The notes: generated by a model not told the origin, from the sequence alone. A DNA stretch of 64,000 nucleotides from an uncultured Bacteroidota bacterium (GCA_903861145.1 CAIOTH010000106.1:8442-72441); one strand, 5' to 3'; positions 27,901-38,244 are shown, counted from the stretch's first letter. Numbers and translations are program-made.

Positions 27901-28695
27901 ATGCACCTTCAATCAACCGACCAGCTTGGAAATACTATTCAAATTGATTTTCCACCAAAACGAATTGTATCGTTGGTTCCCTCGCAAACCGAGTTTTTGT
28001 TTGATATTGGTTTGGACGCTGAAGTTGTTGGCGTGACGCGTTTTTGTATACACCCCGCTGACAAACTTCAACGGAAGATTAAAATTGGTGGGACTAAGAA
28101 GTTTGATATTGAGAAAATAAAGTCGCTTAACCCGGATTTGATTATTGGCAATAAAGAAGAAAATTACAGGGAAGGTATAGAAGAGCTTGTCAAGCATTTC
28201 CCCGTTTGGATGAGTGATATTTATTCGCCTGCCGATTCGTTTAATATGATGCGCGAAGTTGGTAAAATTGTCAATAAGCAAAACGAAGCGCAGAGTATTA
28301 TAACCGAAATAAAAAAGGGCATAGAGGGGTTTGCTGAAATCTCCAAACAAGCATATAGTTGTGCTTACTTTATTTGGCGCAAACCATACATGGTTGCGGC
28401 CAATAATACTTTCATTAATGCGATGTTGGAAGTTTTCGGCGTTGTAAACATGTTTGACGAACAACAGAGGTATCCCGAAATTAATCCTGCATTATTGGCT
28501 GAACTCAATCCCGATTTCATTTTTCTGTCTTCTGAGCCGTATTCTTTTTCTGAAAAGCATTTTGAAGAGTTTCAGGCCTTAGCGCCTAAAGCAAAAGTTG
28601 TGCTGGTTGATGGTGAAATGTTTTCGTGGTACGGAAGCCGGTTAAGATTTGTACCGGCTTATTTCGCTAAGCTAAGAAGTGAGCTAAAGCTTTAA
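27901..28695 (+). CDS. Helical-backbone metal receptor (BtuF-like), no signal peptide
   Basis: RIVSLVPSQTE, GVTRFCIHP, LSSEPY, VDGEMFSWYGSR. Confidence 0.85.
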   Translation: MHLQSTDQLGNTIQIDFPPKRIVSLVPSQTEFLFDIGLDAEVVGVTRFCIHPADKLQRKIKIGGTKKFDIEKIKSLNPDLIIGNKEENYREGIEELVKHFPVWMSDIYSPADSFNMMREVGKIVNKQNEAQSIITEIKKGIEGFAEISKQAYSCAYFIWRKPYMVAANNTFINAMLEVFGVVNMFDEQQRYPEINPALLAELNPDFIFLSSEPYSFSEKHFEEFQALAPKAKVVLVDGEMFSWYGSRLRFVPAYFAKLRSELKL

Positions 28696-28701
28696 CCGAT
28701 G

Positions 28702-29430
28702 CTACTCGTTATAAACAACTATCCGGCTCCAAACCGTTTTAGTTGACTTGCCGTTTTTGCCTTCAACGCGAATATAAACGGGGGTAGGTTTTCTGATCTT
28801 TTTTATTTCATGTATTGCCTCGCTGCTTAGGGTGTCGCCTTTTGATATATACTGCTTGCCCTCTTTTTCCATTAAAGAAACGGTAACCTGTTTTACTTCA
28901 AATTTATTCATATTCGTGGCATTGTCGTACATGGTAACATAAGGATGATTGGCGATTAAAAGATCTTTGGCAATTGAACCATTTCTTTCTAAAACCACTT
29001 TGTCGTTAACCATTACTACGTTTGTTTTGGAATTTCTGATGGTTGGAAATGCTTTTTCAGGCACCCGCACAATAAACTCTTTTTGAAAGGGCCATATACG
29101 TGAGCCCGCAACGCTGGTAACAATAACCCGTAAAGTGGCCGTATCGAAGCCCCCGTTTTTACGGCTGGAGGCACTTATAACCAATACGCTATCGTTTTGG
29201 ATAGCCAGGCCTCCTTCAAATAAAAACTGCGAAACCTTTAACCCCGGGGCAAGTTTAATTCTGAACTCATACTCGGTGCGGTTATCAATAGTATCGAGGC
29301 GCGGGGTCATTTTAATATTACTACCGCTATTCATGGGTAAATATAGTTCGCGGCCGGGCTTTTGTGCATAGGCTTTGCCTCCCGCAAAAAACACGAGAAG
29401 GACAAAAAAGATGCGCGCCAAACCCTTCAT
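28702..29430 (-). CDS. Secreted protein, C-terminus resembles the GldM/PorM C-terminal domain
   Basis: Signal peptide, FEVKQVTVS...SKGDTLSSEAIHEIKKIRKPTPVYI resembles GldM_C by eye. Confidence 0.5.
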   Translation of the reverse strand: MKGLARIFFVLLVFFAGGKAYAQKPGRELYLPMNSGSNIKMTPRLDTIDNRTEYEFRIKLAPGLKVSQFLFEGGLAIQNDSVLVISASSRKNGGFDTATLRVIVTSVAGSRIWPFQKEFIVRVPEKAFPTIRNSKTNVVMVNDKVVLERNGSIAKDLLIANHPYVTMYDNATNMNKFEVKQVTVSLMEKEGKQYISKGDTLSSEAIHEIKKIRKPTPVYIRVEGKNGKSTKTVWSRIVVYNE

Positions 29431-29616
29431 AACAGTTAACTTATAATTTGTTAAACGTAAGTTAGCGCATTTAGTTTTACTGATACAAAGTTGGCGTTGT
29501 TTTGTAGCCCTTGGCCGATGATTTATGGCGGTTTATGAAAAATGCCCGCTGTTTATATGCTTGCACATGCCTAAGTTTATATTTTTGCGGCACCTAAAAA
29601 TGGCCTTCTGCGGATT

Positions 29617-32019
29617 ATGAACAGATTATTTACCCTGGTATTGTTTTGCCTCGCTTTTGTGGTGCTTACTTGCACAGAGGGTAAGGCACAGGGTAAATTT
29701 ACCATAAGTGGTTACATAAAAGATACAGCTAATGCCGAAAGCCTACTTTCCGCCTCGGTTTATATTGTTGAGTTGGGTAAGGGAATTAACACCAACGAAT
29801 TTGGATTTTACTCACTCACTGTTCCATCGGGCAAGTACACTTTAAAAATATCCTATGTGGGTTATACTACCAGAATAGAGGTTGTTGATTTGCATAAGGA
29901 TATCAGGTTGAATGTGGACCTTAAATCGGCAACAGTTGAAAAAGAAGAAGTAGTGATAACCGGAGAGAAGCGGGGCAACAATGTTGAAAGCACTGCTATG
30001 GGTGTACAGGTAATTAGCATGGAACAGGTAAAGACAATCCCTGCATTTATGGGCGAGGCAGATGTTTTAAAAACGATTCAGCTATTGCCCGGCATTATTT
30101 CGGCTGGTGAAGGTAACACCGGTTTTTATGTGCGCGGTGGAAGTTCAGATCAAAACCTGGTTTTGCTTGATGATGCGGTTATATACAACACGGGCCACCT
30201 GTTGGGCTTTTTCTCGGTGTTTAACTCTGATGCGCTTAAAAACACCACTGTTATTACCGGTGGCATGCCTGCTGAATATGGCGGAAGAATTTCATCGGTA
30301 GTTGATGTGCAGATGAAAGAAGGCGATATGCGCAAGTGGGATGTTGACGGGGGAATAGGTTTAATTGCATCGCGCCTTACGGTACAGGGGCCATTGAAGA
30401 AGAACAAGTGTGCCATTATAGTTTCGGGCCGTCGAACTTATATCGACCTTATAACTGCCCCCATTTTTAAAAACGTTGCGGGAGGGCAGTTTGCAGGCAA
30501 CTCTTATTATTTCTACGATTTGAACGCCAAAATTAATTACCTGATTAGCGACCGCGACCGCTTGTTTTTGAGTGGCTACTATGGCAAAGATGTTTTCAAT
30601 TTTGCCGACCCGGGCGGGGAGTTTAAAGTCGCCTTTCCGTGGGGCAACAGCGCCGCTACATTGAGGTGGAATCACCTTTTTAGCGACCAGTTGTTTTTGA
30701 ATACCAGTTTTGTTTACAACAGCTTTGGATTTAAGGCCAATACCAATTTTCAAAATGTAACTTTCAATTTAAGCTCGCAGGTGCAGGATATGACTGCCAA
30801 AATGCAATTTGAGTATTCGCCGTTTTTAGGGCACCTAATGAAATTTGGCTGGCAATACAGTTTCCACACATTCGCTCCATATCAAACTACCGGTACGGTT
30901 GGTTCATCAAACTTTTCAAGCACCAGTAATGCTACCAAATACGCCAATGAGGCTGCCATATTTTACCAGGATGATTTTGATGTAACCAACTGGCTTAAAA
31001 TAAACGTAGGCATACGTGGTTCGCTGTTTAATTTTATGGGGCCTTTCTCCGAAATTCAGTTTAATCAATATGGCAATGCCACCGATACGCTTAAGTATAA
31101 AGCCGGCCAAAACATTAAGCTTTATTTTGCCGCTGAGCCCCGCCTATCCATGCGCTTTAAGGTTGATAAGGCTTCGTCTATTAAAATGGGAGCAACGTTA
31201 AACAAGCAATACATTAACCTGGTGCAAAGTGCAACTACCACTTTGCCAATAGACCTTTGGGTACCGGCAACAGCGCTTGTAAAACCGCAAATGGGTATTC
31301 AATCATCTGTCGGCTATTTCCGCAATTTTAATAATGATATGTTCGAAACCTCGGTTGAGGTTTATTACAAATACTTGTGGCACCAAATTGAGTTTGGCGA
31401 AAGCGCCGTGCCGGGCACCTTTACTACCGATATTGAACAGCAGTTTGTATTTGGTAAAGGATGGAGCTACGGTGCTGAGTTTTTTGTGAAAAAGGCCAAA
31501 GGCAAATGGACCGGTTGGATATCGTATACCCTTTCGTGGGCTTATCGCAAATTCGATTCAATTAATGCGGGTAAGCCTTTTTTGGCTGAATATGACCGCC
31601 GTAATGATTTGAATATTGTAAACATGTACGAAATCAATAAGCACTGGAAGGTATCGGCCACGTTTGTTTATGCCAGTGGGCAGCGTACCACTTTGCCCGT
31701 TTCTTACTACTTAATTCAAGGTCAGGTAAATTATGTTTACGGGCCGCGTAACTGGTATCAAATGCCGGCATACGATCGCCTCGATTTAGGCTTTACTTAT
31801 TCAATCATTCCTAAGAGGAAAAGAAAAATAAACTTTACATCTGATATCAGTGTTTCGGTTTACAACGCTTATAATCGCATGAATCCTTTCTTCCTTTATA
31901 TTGATGCCGAGGGTGACGTGGGCGGTGGAGCTAATGGTACCAAATCGATAAAGTTTACAGCGCGGCAGGTTTCGTTGTTCCCAATTTTGCCAAGTGTAAC
32001 CTGGAATTTTAAATTTTAA
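29617..32019 (+). CDS. TonB-dependent receptor with CarboxypepD_reg-like N-terminal domain
   Basis: TISGYIKD, GEADVLKTIQLLPG, YVRGGSSDQNL, ends WNFKF. Confidence 0.92.
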   Translation: MNRLFTLVLFCLAFVVLTCTEGKAQGKFTISGYIKDTANAESLLSASVYIVELGKGINTNEFGFYSLTVPSGKYTLKISYVGYTTRIEVVDLHKDIRLNVDLKSATVEKEEVVITGEKRGNNVESTAMGVQVISMEQVKTIPAFMGEADVLKTIQLLPGIISAGEGNTGFYVRGGSSDQNLVLLDDAVIYNTGHLLGFFSVFNSDALKNTTVITGGMPAEYGGRISSVVDVQMKEGDMRKWDVDGGIGLIASRLTVQGPLKKNKCAIIVSGRRTYIDLITAPIFKNVAGGQFAGNSYYFYDLNAKINYLISDRDRLFLSGYYGKDVFNFADPGGEFKVAFPWGNSAATLRWNHLFSDQLFLNTSFVYNSFGFKANTNFQNVTFNLSSQVQDMTAKMQFEYSPFLGHLMKFGWQYSFHTFAPYQTTGTVGSSNFSSTSNATKYANEAAIFYQDDFDVTNWLKINVGIRGSLFNFMGPFSEIQFNQYGNATDTLKYKAGQNIKLYFAAEPRLSMRFKVDKASSIKMGATLNKQYINLVQSATTTLPIDLWVPATALVKPQMGIQSSVGYFRNFNNDMFETSVEVYYKYLWHQIEFGESAVPGTFTTDIEQQFVFGKGWSYGAEFFVKKAKGKWTGWISYTLSWAYRKFDSINAGKPFLAEYDRRNDLNIVNMYEINKHWKVSATFVYASGQRTTLPVSYYLIQGQVNYVYGPRNWYQMPAYDRLDLGFTYSIIPKRKRKINFTSDISVSVYNAYNRMNPFFLYIDAEGDVGGGANGTKSIKFTARQVSLFPILPSVTWNFKF

Positions 32020-32022
32020 GTA

Positions 32023-33048
32023 ATGAGGCGATTGAATAGTTATATAAAACGCATTGCCTGTTTTGGGTTGAGGTATGGTATTTTTATAATAGCCGTGGCG
32101 TTGGCGGCATGCTCAAAAGTTGTAAAGGTTGATATCCCCCCCGCGTCGCAGCAGGTAGTTGTAGATGGTTCAATTGAATACAATTCGCCGCCCATTATTT
32201 TACTTTCAAAAAGCCAACAATTTTTTGGCACAACAAATTTGAACAACCTGGGGGCCTATTTTATACATGGCGCAAAAGTAAAGGTTACTGCCAGCGATGG
32301 CACTTCGGTACAGCTTGTTGAGTTTTGCCTGCAAGACCTAAACCTGCCTGCGGCCCAACAACAACAGGTACTAAGTGTACTGGGCTATACCAGCGCTGAC
32401 TCAGCAAACGCCTTAAATATTTGTGCTTACACTGTTCCCGATGCTATAACCTTTTTCACCACTGGCACTTGTAGCTTTATGGGTAAGCAGCGCACCGCTT
32501 ATAGTTTGGATATTATGTCTCCGCCTATTTATTCGGGGCAGCATGATTCAATACACGTTACATCTAATACCACCATACCAACTGCTGTTGGCATTGATTC
32601 GCTGGCTATACGGCCAGATAATGACCCTGTTTACGCCGATTCGTTTGCGTCGGTACATGTTTTTGTTACCGTGCCCGATACATTTGGTAACTTTTTGCGC
32701 TACCTAACAAAAACCGGTAACCAGCCATTCTATCCTCCATTGGGCGGCTCGGTTTATGACGATAAGCTTTTTGTAGGCCAAAACTTTGATTTGCCCCTGG
32801 AACGAGGACAATCGCCCGATGCAACGTTTAATTTAAATACGGATGTGTATTTCCCCAAGGGGGATACTGTGACTGTTAAGTGGAGCAATATTGATGCCAA
32901 CACCTACAACTTTTTCTATACTTTGGAGAGTGATGGGGGTAATAGCCCGTTTTCATCGCCGGTAAAAATTGTGAGTAACGTTAATAACGGACTGGGGTGT
33001 TTTGCCGGTTATGCCACTAAGTACTACAGCATTTACGTGCCTAAGTAA
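32023..33048 (+). CDS. DUF4249 family lipoprotein partner of the receptor
   Basis: Lipobox LAAC, VVVDGSI, C-terminal SNVNNGLGCFAG. Confidence 0.8.
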   Translation: MRRLNSYIKRIACFGLRYGIFIIAVALAACSKVVKVDIPPASQQVVVDGSIEYNSPPIILLSKSQQFFGTTNLNNLGAYFIHGAKVKVTASDGTSVQLVEFCLQDLNLPAAQQQQVLSVLGYTSADSANALNICAYTVPDAITFFTTGTCSFMGKQRTAYSLDIMSPPIYSGQHDSIHVTSNTTIPTAVGIDSLAIRPDNDPVYADSFASVHVFVTVPDTFGNFLRYLTKTGNQPFYPPLGGSVYDDKLFVGQNFDLPLERGQSPDATFNLNTDVYFPKGDTVTVKWSNIDANTYNFFYTLESDGGNSPFSSPVKIVSNVNNGLGCFAGYATKYYSIYVPK

Positions 33049-33130
33049 TTGTGGATATAATTTCGCCCCCCGTTGCACACACCTGCCTTATTTTTGAAAC
33101 CTGTGTGAATTGAATTAAAATTTATATAAT

Positions 33131-34072
33131 ATGAGTAACGAAGTTGAAAGAGTGCACTGTTTAATTATTGGTTCGGGCCCGGCCGGATATACTGCGGCTA
33201 TTTATGCTGCACGTGCAAATCTGAAGCCCATGATGTATACCGGCTTAAGGCCCGGTGGGCAATTAATGGATACTACCGATGTTGAGAATTTTCCTGGCTA
33301 TCCAACCGGCATACTTGGCCCCGAGATGATGGAAGATTTTAAAAAGCAGGCCGAAAGGTTTGGTACCGATATACGTTTCGGCATTGCCACTAAAGTTGAC
33401 TTTAGCAGCCGACCGCATAAAGTTTGGATTGACGATATTAAATTGATTGAAGCAGATGCTGTAATACTTGCTACCGGTGCTGAAGCAAAATGGTTGGGTA
33501 TCCCCAGCGAAAAGCGTTTAAATGGCTCGGGTGTTAGTGCCTGTGCGGTGTGCGATGGCTTTTTTTATAAGGGAACAGAAGTTGCCATTGTAGGCGCCGG
33601 CGATACAGCTTGTGAAGAAGCTATTTACCTTTCAAAACTATGCACCCACGTGCATATGATAGTAAGAAGAGACCAAATGCGTGCTTCTAAAATTATGCAG
33701 GAACGTGTGGTTAACACACCTAATATTACTGTTTACTGGAACAGTGAAACGGATGAGGTTTTAGGTGAAAACGTAGTTGATGCGGTACGAATATTAAATA
33801 ATAAAACAGGCGAAAAGACGACGATACCGGTAACCGGTTTTTTTGTAGCCATCGGGCACCAGCCAAACTCGGGAATATTTAAAGACATACTTACAATGGA
33901 CGACCAGGGTTACCTCATTACCCAGCCAGATTCTACCAAAACTAATGTTGAAGGCGTTTATGCCTGCGGCGATTTGCAGGATAAAGTATTTAGGCAAGCC
34001 GTAACTGCTGCGGGTACTGGTTGCATGGCTGCGTTAGAAGCAGAAAGGTGGTTATCAGAACAGAATCATTAA
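33131..34072 (+). CDS. trxB: Thioredoxin-disulfide reductase
   Basis: IIGSGPAGYTAAIY, SACAVCDG, FVAIGHQPN, RQAVTAAGTG. Confidence 0.96.
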   Translation: MSNEVERVHCLIIGSGPAGYTAAIYAARANLKPMMYTGLRPGGQLMDTTDVENFPGYPTGILGPEMMEDFKKQAERFGTDIRFGIATKVDFSSRPHKVWIDDIKLIEADAVILATGAEAKWLGIPSEKRLNGSGVSACAVCDGFFYKGTEVAIVGAGDTACEEAIYLSKLCTHVHMIVRRDQMRASKIMQERVVNTPNITVYWNSETDEVLGENVVDAVRILNNKTGEKTTIPVTGFFVAIGHQPNSGIFKDILTMDDQGYLITQPDSTKTNVEGVYACGDLQDKVFRQAVTAAGTGCMAALEAERWLSEQNH

Positions 34073-34127
34073 AGGTTATTGGCAAGCGGATGAAACTACA
34101 ATAAACAGTAATTGTAGCTACCGCTAT

Positions 34128-34953
34128 TTACCTATATAGATGGATAAGAATATCCTGGAACTGACCTATCCGGGTAAACGCAGAACTGATATTGTAGTCA
34201 AACCCTTGCTTTTCTAGTTTGGCAAGAAAACCTGAAAGATTGCCTTTTTCGCCTTTAATCTTGTGGTGGTATTCGATGATGATTTCTTTCACCTTGTCCA
34301 ATCCCTGTGCGTCGCATAGCTCATCAATTATGTTGATTTCTGCTCCTTCAACATCAATCTTCAGCATATCAATCTCCGCATTCAAATTTTTGATAAAATG
34401 CGAAAGCTTTATTGCCTTAACTTTTAGCTCGGTATCTCCGCCTCTTTCTTTTTTTATTGAACCTACTAAGGTGCCAAGGTCTTCGCCATTTACGTAAAAT
34501 GATATGGTCTCTTCTTTATCCGAGAGAGCCAGGTTATAAGTAGTTGTATTGGTAAGCGCATTTTGGCTCACATTTTTTTCAAGGTATTTATAACTGTTTG
34601 GGTTAGGTTCGAAGGCGTGAATTATTGCTTGTGGGTAAATCCTTTTAAAGAACAAAACGGAGAACCCAACGTTGGCACCACAGTCAATAATAACAGGGCT
34701 GGGCTTAGTAGTAATGAAATTATAGCTCTCACCAATAAACACCTCGTTAAACAAAAAATCGAGCAGGTAATAGTTAAAGCCGGTAATTTTATAATTCAGC
34801 AAATTAAGGGTGTGTTCCGAATTTCCTATTCCCCCCTTTTATGTAAAGTTTATAGCTAAGCTTATTGAGGGCCTGAAAAAGAAGCAGTTTTTCGCGCAGA
34901 GTTTTACCCTTCCTTTTAGCTTTTAAGGCATTATGCATTATTTTTCTAATCAT
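34128..34953 (-). pseudogene. FkbM family methyltransferase split by a one-base frameshift near its 5' end
   Basis: Catalytic part has IDCGANVG, AFEPN and LKIDVEGAE. Frame from ATG 34953 stops after 49 codons, and removing one base of the A4G6 tract (34831-34840) fuses the two frames. Confidence 0.7.
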
Positions 34954-35132
34954 TTTGCAAGCTAATTATTACAGGGTTAGTTAATTGCCGGCCAATATTA
35001 CGTCTTATTTTTCTCACACTAAAAGCCCGGCTAAAAACCGCTTCGATGGTTTTAAACTTTTTTAGCGAAATTTTTGTTTTAAAAAAGAGAATATTTCGCT
35101 GGAATTGGAGTTAAGCGTTTAAATTTGCTTTT

Positions 35133-35762
35133 ATGATACGCGGTGGCGGAATGTTGATTGTTTTTTTGACTTTATTTTCGATGGCTGCGCAGGCTATGCC
35201 ACAAAACCAGCAGATAGACGGTTGGGTTTACGAGCGCGAGAAAAAGGGCATTAAAATATTTACGAAAAAGAGCAAGTGGGGGAAATTACGCGATTGCAAA
35301 GCGACTATGACAGTAGCTGCATCGCCTGAGCAAATGCTTAAAATACTCACGGACTTTAATAACTATAAAAACTGGATGCCGCGATGCCGCAAATCGAGTG
35401 TTGTTGCACGCTTGGGCGAAAATGGTTTTATTGCCCATATGGTTTTTACCGGGTTTTGGCCAATTAAGGACAGAGATTGCGTAGTTAAAGTGACCTATGA
35501 AAAGGATCCCCAAACCGGTGTTATAACGCTTACCGAAACATCGGAACCCAAGTATATACATGAGGAGGCAGATGTGGTGCGCATTCAGCAGCTTGTGGCC
35601 ACCTGGAAATTGATTCCTAAAGACGGTGGCACTGAGGTTATAAACGAATACTCGTCAAACCCTGGTGGTAATATCCCCGATTGGATGGTAAATACCCAAA
35701 GCGTTGAAAATCCGCTATCAACCTTCGAAAACCTGCAGGAGAAATCATCTACACATAAGTAG
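35133..35762 (+). CDS. START domain lipid-binding protein
   Basis: Signal peptide, WPIKDRD, NPGGNIPDWMVN. Confidence 0.85.
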   Translation: MIRGGGMLIVFLTLFSMAAQAMPQNQQIDGWVYEREKKGIKIFTKKSKWGKLRDCKATMTVAASPEQMLKILTDFNNYKNWMPRCRKSSVVARLGENGFIAHMVFTGFWPIKDRDCVVKVTYEKDPQTGVITLTETSEPKYIHEEADVVRIQQLVATWKLIPKDGGTEVINEYSSNPGGNIPDWMVNTQSVENPLSTFENLQEKSSTHK

Positions 35763-35826
35763 TAATCGTTTTTTATTTTCGCCCTGCTAAACTTTTTATT
35801 GAACCTTTTTGTTGATTACAAACTTT

Positions 35827-36321
35827 ATGGCACAGAGCATTTATGATTTTGAGGTTAAGGACCTTACGGGCAAACCGGTAAAACTTGAACAATACAAAGG
35901 GAAAGTTCTTTTGGTGGTTAATATAGCCAGCAAATGTGGCCTTACCCCCCAGCTAAAGGGGCTTGAGAAGATTTACAAACAGTATAAGGAAAAGGGCTTT
36001 GAGATATTGGCTTTTCCTTCGAACGACTTTATGCAGGAACCTAAGGAAGGTGCCGATATAGCCGAATTTTGCTCCATTAATTATGGAGTTGATTTTAAGG
36101 TTTTTGAGAAGGGGAAAGTGAAGGGAGATAATGGACAACCTGTTTACCAGTATTTGGGGGGAAATACAAAAAGGTTTGGTTTGTTTAATAATTACCCTGT
36201 TTGGAATTTCCAGAAATACCTGGTGGACAAAAATGGCAGGGTGGTTGACTGGTTTGCCCCATGGAAAAAACCGGAGGATGCCAAAATTACCGCTGAAATA
36301 GAGAAATGTCTGGCACAATAG
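35827..36321 (+). CDS. Glutathione peroxidase family protein (Cys type)
   Basis: VNIASKCGLT, LAFPSNDFMQEP, WNFQKYLVD. Confidence 0.93.
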   Translation: MAQSIYDFEVKDLTGKPVKLEQYKGKVLLVVNIASKCGLTPQLKGLEKIYKQYKEKGFEILAFPSNDFMQEPKEGADIAEFCSINYGVDFKVFEKGKVKGDNGQPVYQYLGGNTKRFGLFNNYPVWNFQKYLVDKNGRVVDWFAPWKKPEDAKITAEIEKCLAQ

Positions 36322-36422
36322 CCTGTGGAAAAGATAGGCACGGAAATTGGCATTGTGAGTTACTTTTGTAAATATTATAAGGTAATCGATCAAAGAATTT
36401 AATAACGTTTAAAACATAAAAT

Positions 36423-36743
36423 ATGGCAGTTCAATTAACCGATGGAAATTTCAAGACAACTGTACTTGATAGCGACAAAGTAGCAATAGTAGATTTTTGG
36501 GCAGAGTGGTGCGGCCCTTGCAAAGCAATAGGCCCAATGATTGAAGAAATTTCGAAAGAATATGAAGGCAAAGCCGTAGTTGGCAAAGTGGATGTTGACA
36601 ACAACCCTGAAACCGCTATGAAATATGGCATCCGCAACATACCAACTATCCTTTTTATTAAAAACGGACAGGTAGTTGATAAGCAAGTTGGCGCAGTGCC
36701 TAAGGCCAGTTTAGTTGCTATGTTAACTAAACACCTTTCGTAA
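36423..36743 (+). CDS. trxA: Thioredoxin
   Basis: DFWAEWCGPCK. Confidence 0.96.
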   Translation: MAVQLTDGNFKTTVLDSDKVAIVDFWAEWCGPCKAIGPMIEEISKEYEGKAVVGKVDVDNNPETAMKYGIRNIPTILFIKNGQVVDKQVGAVPKASLVAMLTKHLS

Positions 36744-36812
36744 TCCATTTCATTAATGTTATTCTTGTAGGGGCAATCATGTTGGCCGGTAAGCCGACAA
36801 CAGATTGCCCCT

Positions 36813-37742
36813 ATGTTTTTGCTTATGATTAACCAACAGCAGTTTCCCGAAATTGAAAACCTTGAGCTACTTGCAAAGCAGGTGGTTGAAGGGTTTATCA
36901 TTGGCCTTCACAAATCACCTTTCCACGGCTTTTCGGTGGAGTTTGCCGAGCACCGCTTGTATAACCCCGGTGAGACAACCCGCCACCTGGACTGGAAGGT
37001 TTTTGCCCGTACCGGCAAAATGTTTGTTAAGCGTTTTGAAGAGGAAACCAATTTGCGTTGCCAGATAGTGATTGATGCCTCATCATCAATGTATTTTCCG
37101 AATGACGCGAAGGCTAAAATGAATAAGCTTCGCTTTTCAATACTTTCGGCCGCAGCCTTAATTAACCTATTGAAACGCCAGCGTGATGCAGCCGGGCTAA
37201 GTGTTTTTACCGATGAGGTAATTGTAAACACCGATGCTAAAAGCAGCACAAAGCATCATCAATTGCTCTTTGCGCAGCTCGAGACACTTTTAAAGCAGTC
37301 ACCACTAAATGTAAAAACATCCGCAGCCAAGTGCCTGCACCAAATAGCAGAAACGGTGCATAAGCGAAGCATGATTATCATCTTCAGCGATATGTTTGAT
37401 AACCTGGATGGTGCCGGTGCTGATGAGCTTTTTGCTGCTCTTCAGCATTTAAAATATAATAAGCACGAGGTTATTTTGTTTCATGTGGTTGACAAGCAAA
37501 AGGAGCTTGAATTCAATTTCGAAAATCGCCCATACCAGTTTGTGGATATGGAAACCGGCGAAAAGGTAAAACTGCACTCCAACCAGGTAAAAGAATACTA
37601 CGTAGAGAAAATGCAGGCCTTTGAAAAGAACCTCAAACTGCGTTGCGGCCAGTTCAAAATAGATTTTGTAGAGGCCGATATTAATCTTGACTTCAGGCAA
37701 GTTCTGCTACCGTTTTTAATGAAACGGACTAAGATGACATAA
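36813..37742 (+). CDS. DUF58 (vWA-like, MoxR-associated) protein
   Basis: GLHKSPFHGFSVEFAEHRLY, DWKVFART, IDASSSM, IIFSD. Confidence 0.9.
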   Translation: MFLLMINQQQFPEIENLELLAKQVVEGFIIGLHKSPFHGFSVEFAEHRLYNPGETTRHLDWKVFARTGKMFVKRFEEETNLRCQIVIDASSSMYFPNDAKAKMNKLRFSILSAAALINLLKRQRDAAGLSVFTDEVIVNTDAKSSTKHHQLLFAQLETLLKQSPLNVKTSAAKCLHQIAETVHKRSMIIIFSDMFDNLDGAGADELFAALQHLKYNKHEVILFHVVDKQKELEFNFENRPYQFVDMETGEKVKLHSNQVKEYYVEKMQAFEKNLKLRCGQFKIDFVEADINLDFRQVLLPFLMKRTKMT

Positions 37743-37753
37743 ATGCAATTTTA

Positions 37754-38244
37754 AATTTACCGCAAAGCGCGCGGAGAACGCTAAGTTTTATAAGGAATAA
37801 ATTAAGAGCTATGACGGAGAATGAACTGGCTACTTTAATTGTTGACGCTGCTTTGAGCGTTCATCGAGAGTTGGGGCCGGGTTTGTTTGAGTCAACCTAC
37901 GAAGCTTGTATGGTTTATGAGTTAAAAAGTAAGGGAGTTGACGTAGAAGTGCAAAATGAACTTCCGATTATATATAAGGGAGCAAAACTCGAAACTGCCT
38001 ATAGAATTGACTTGTTAGTGGGCGGCAAGGTAATTGTAGAACTAAAAAGTGTCAGCGAAATAAGCGACCAACATATGGCTCAAATTATTACTTACCTGCG
38101 GCACTCGCAGGTTAAATTAGGATTCCTCATAAACTTTAATGTAAAATTGATTAAAAACGGGATTAAAAGAGTTGCTAACGGCGTTTAATTTCTTTTATAA
38201 ACGCATTTAAATCTTTGCGTTCTTAGCGAGCTTTGCGGTAAATT
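37754..38244. mobile_element. Putative GxxExxY cassette bounded by 32-bp imperfect inverted repeats
   Basis: Left arm 37754-37785 matches the reverse complement of 38213-38244 at 28 of 32 positions. Mobility is inferred, not shown. Confidence 0.6.
37811..38188 (+). CDS. GxxExxY protein (PD-(D/E)XK nuclease-like)
   Basis: LGPGLFESTYE, YRIDLLV...IVELKSV, AQIITYL, GFLINFN. Confidence 0.93.
   Translation: MTENELATLIVDAALSVHRELGPGLFESTYEACMVYELKSKGVDVEVQNELPIIYKGAKLETAYRIDLLVGGKVIVELKSVSEISDQHMAQIITYLRHSQVKLGFLINFNVKLIKNGIKRVANGV

Noticed and set aside
35827-36321. Selenocysteine in the glutathione peroxidase
   Set aside because: The active-site codon is TGT (Cys) and there is no in-frame TGA.
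33050-36332. Single DnaA-like boxes upstream of trxB (TGTGGATAT) and trxA (TGTGGAAAA)
   Set aside because: Isolated 9-mers of this degeneracy are expected by chance in 64 kb.
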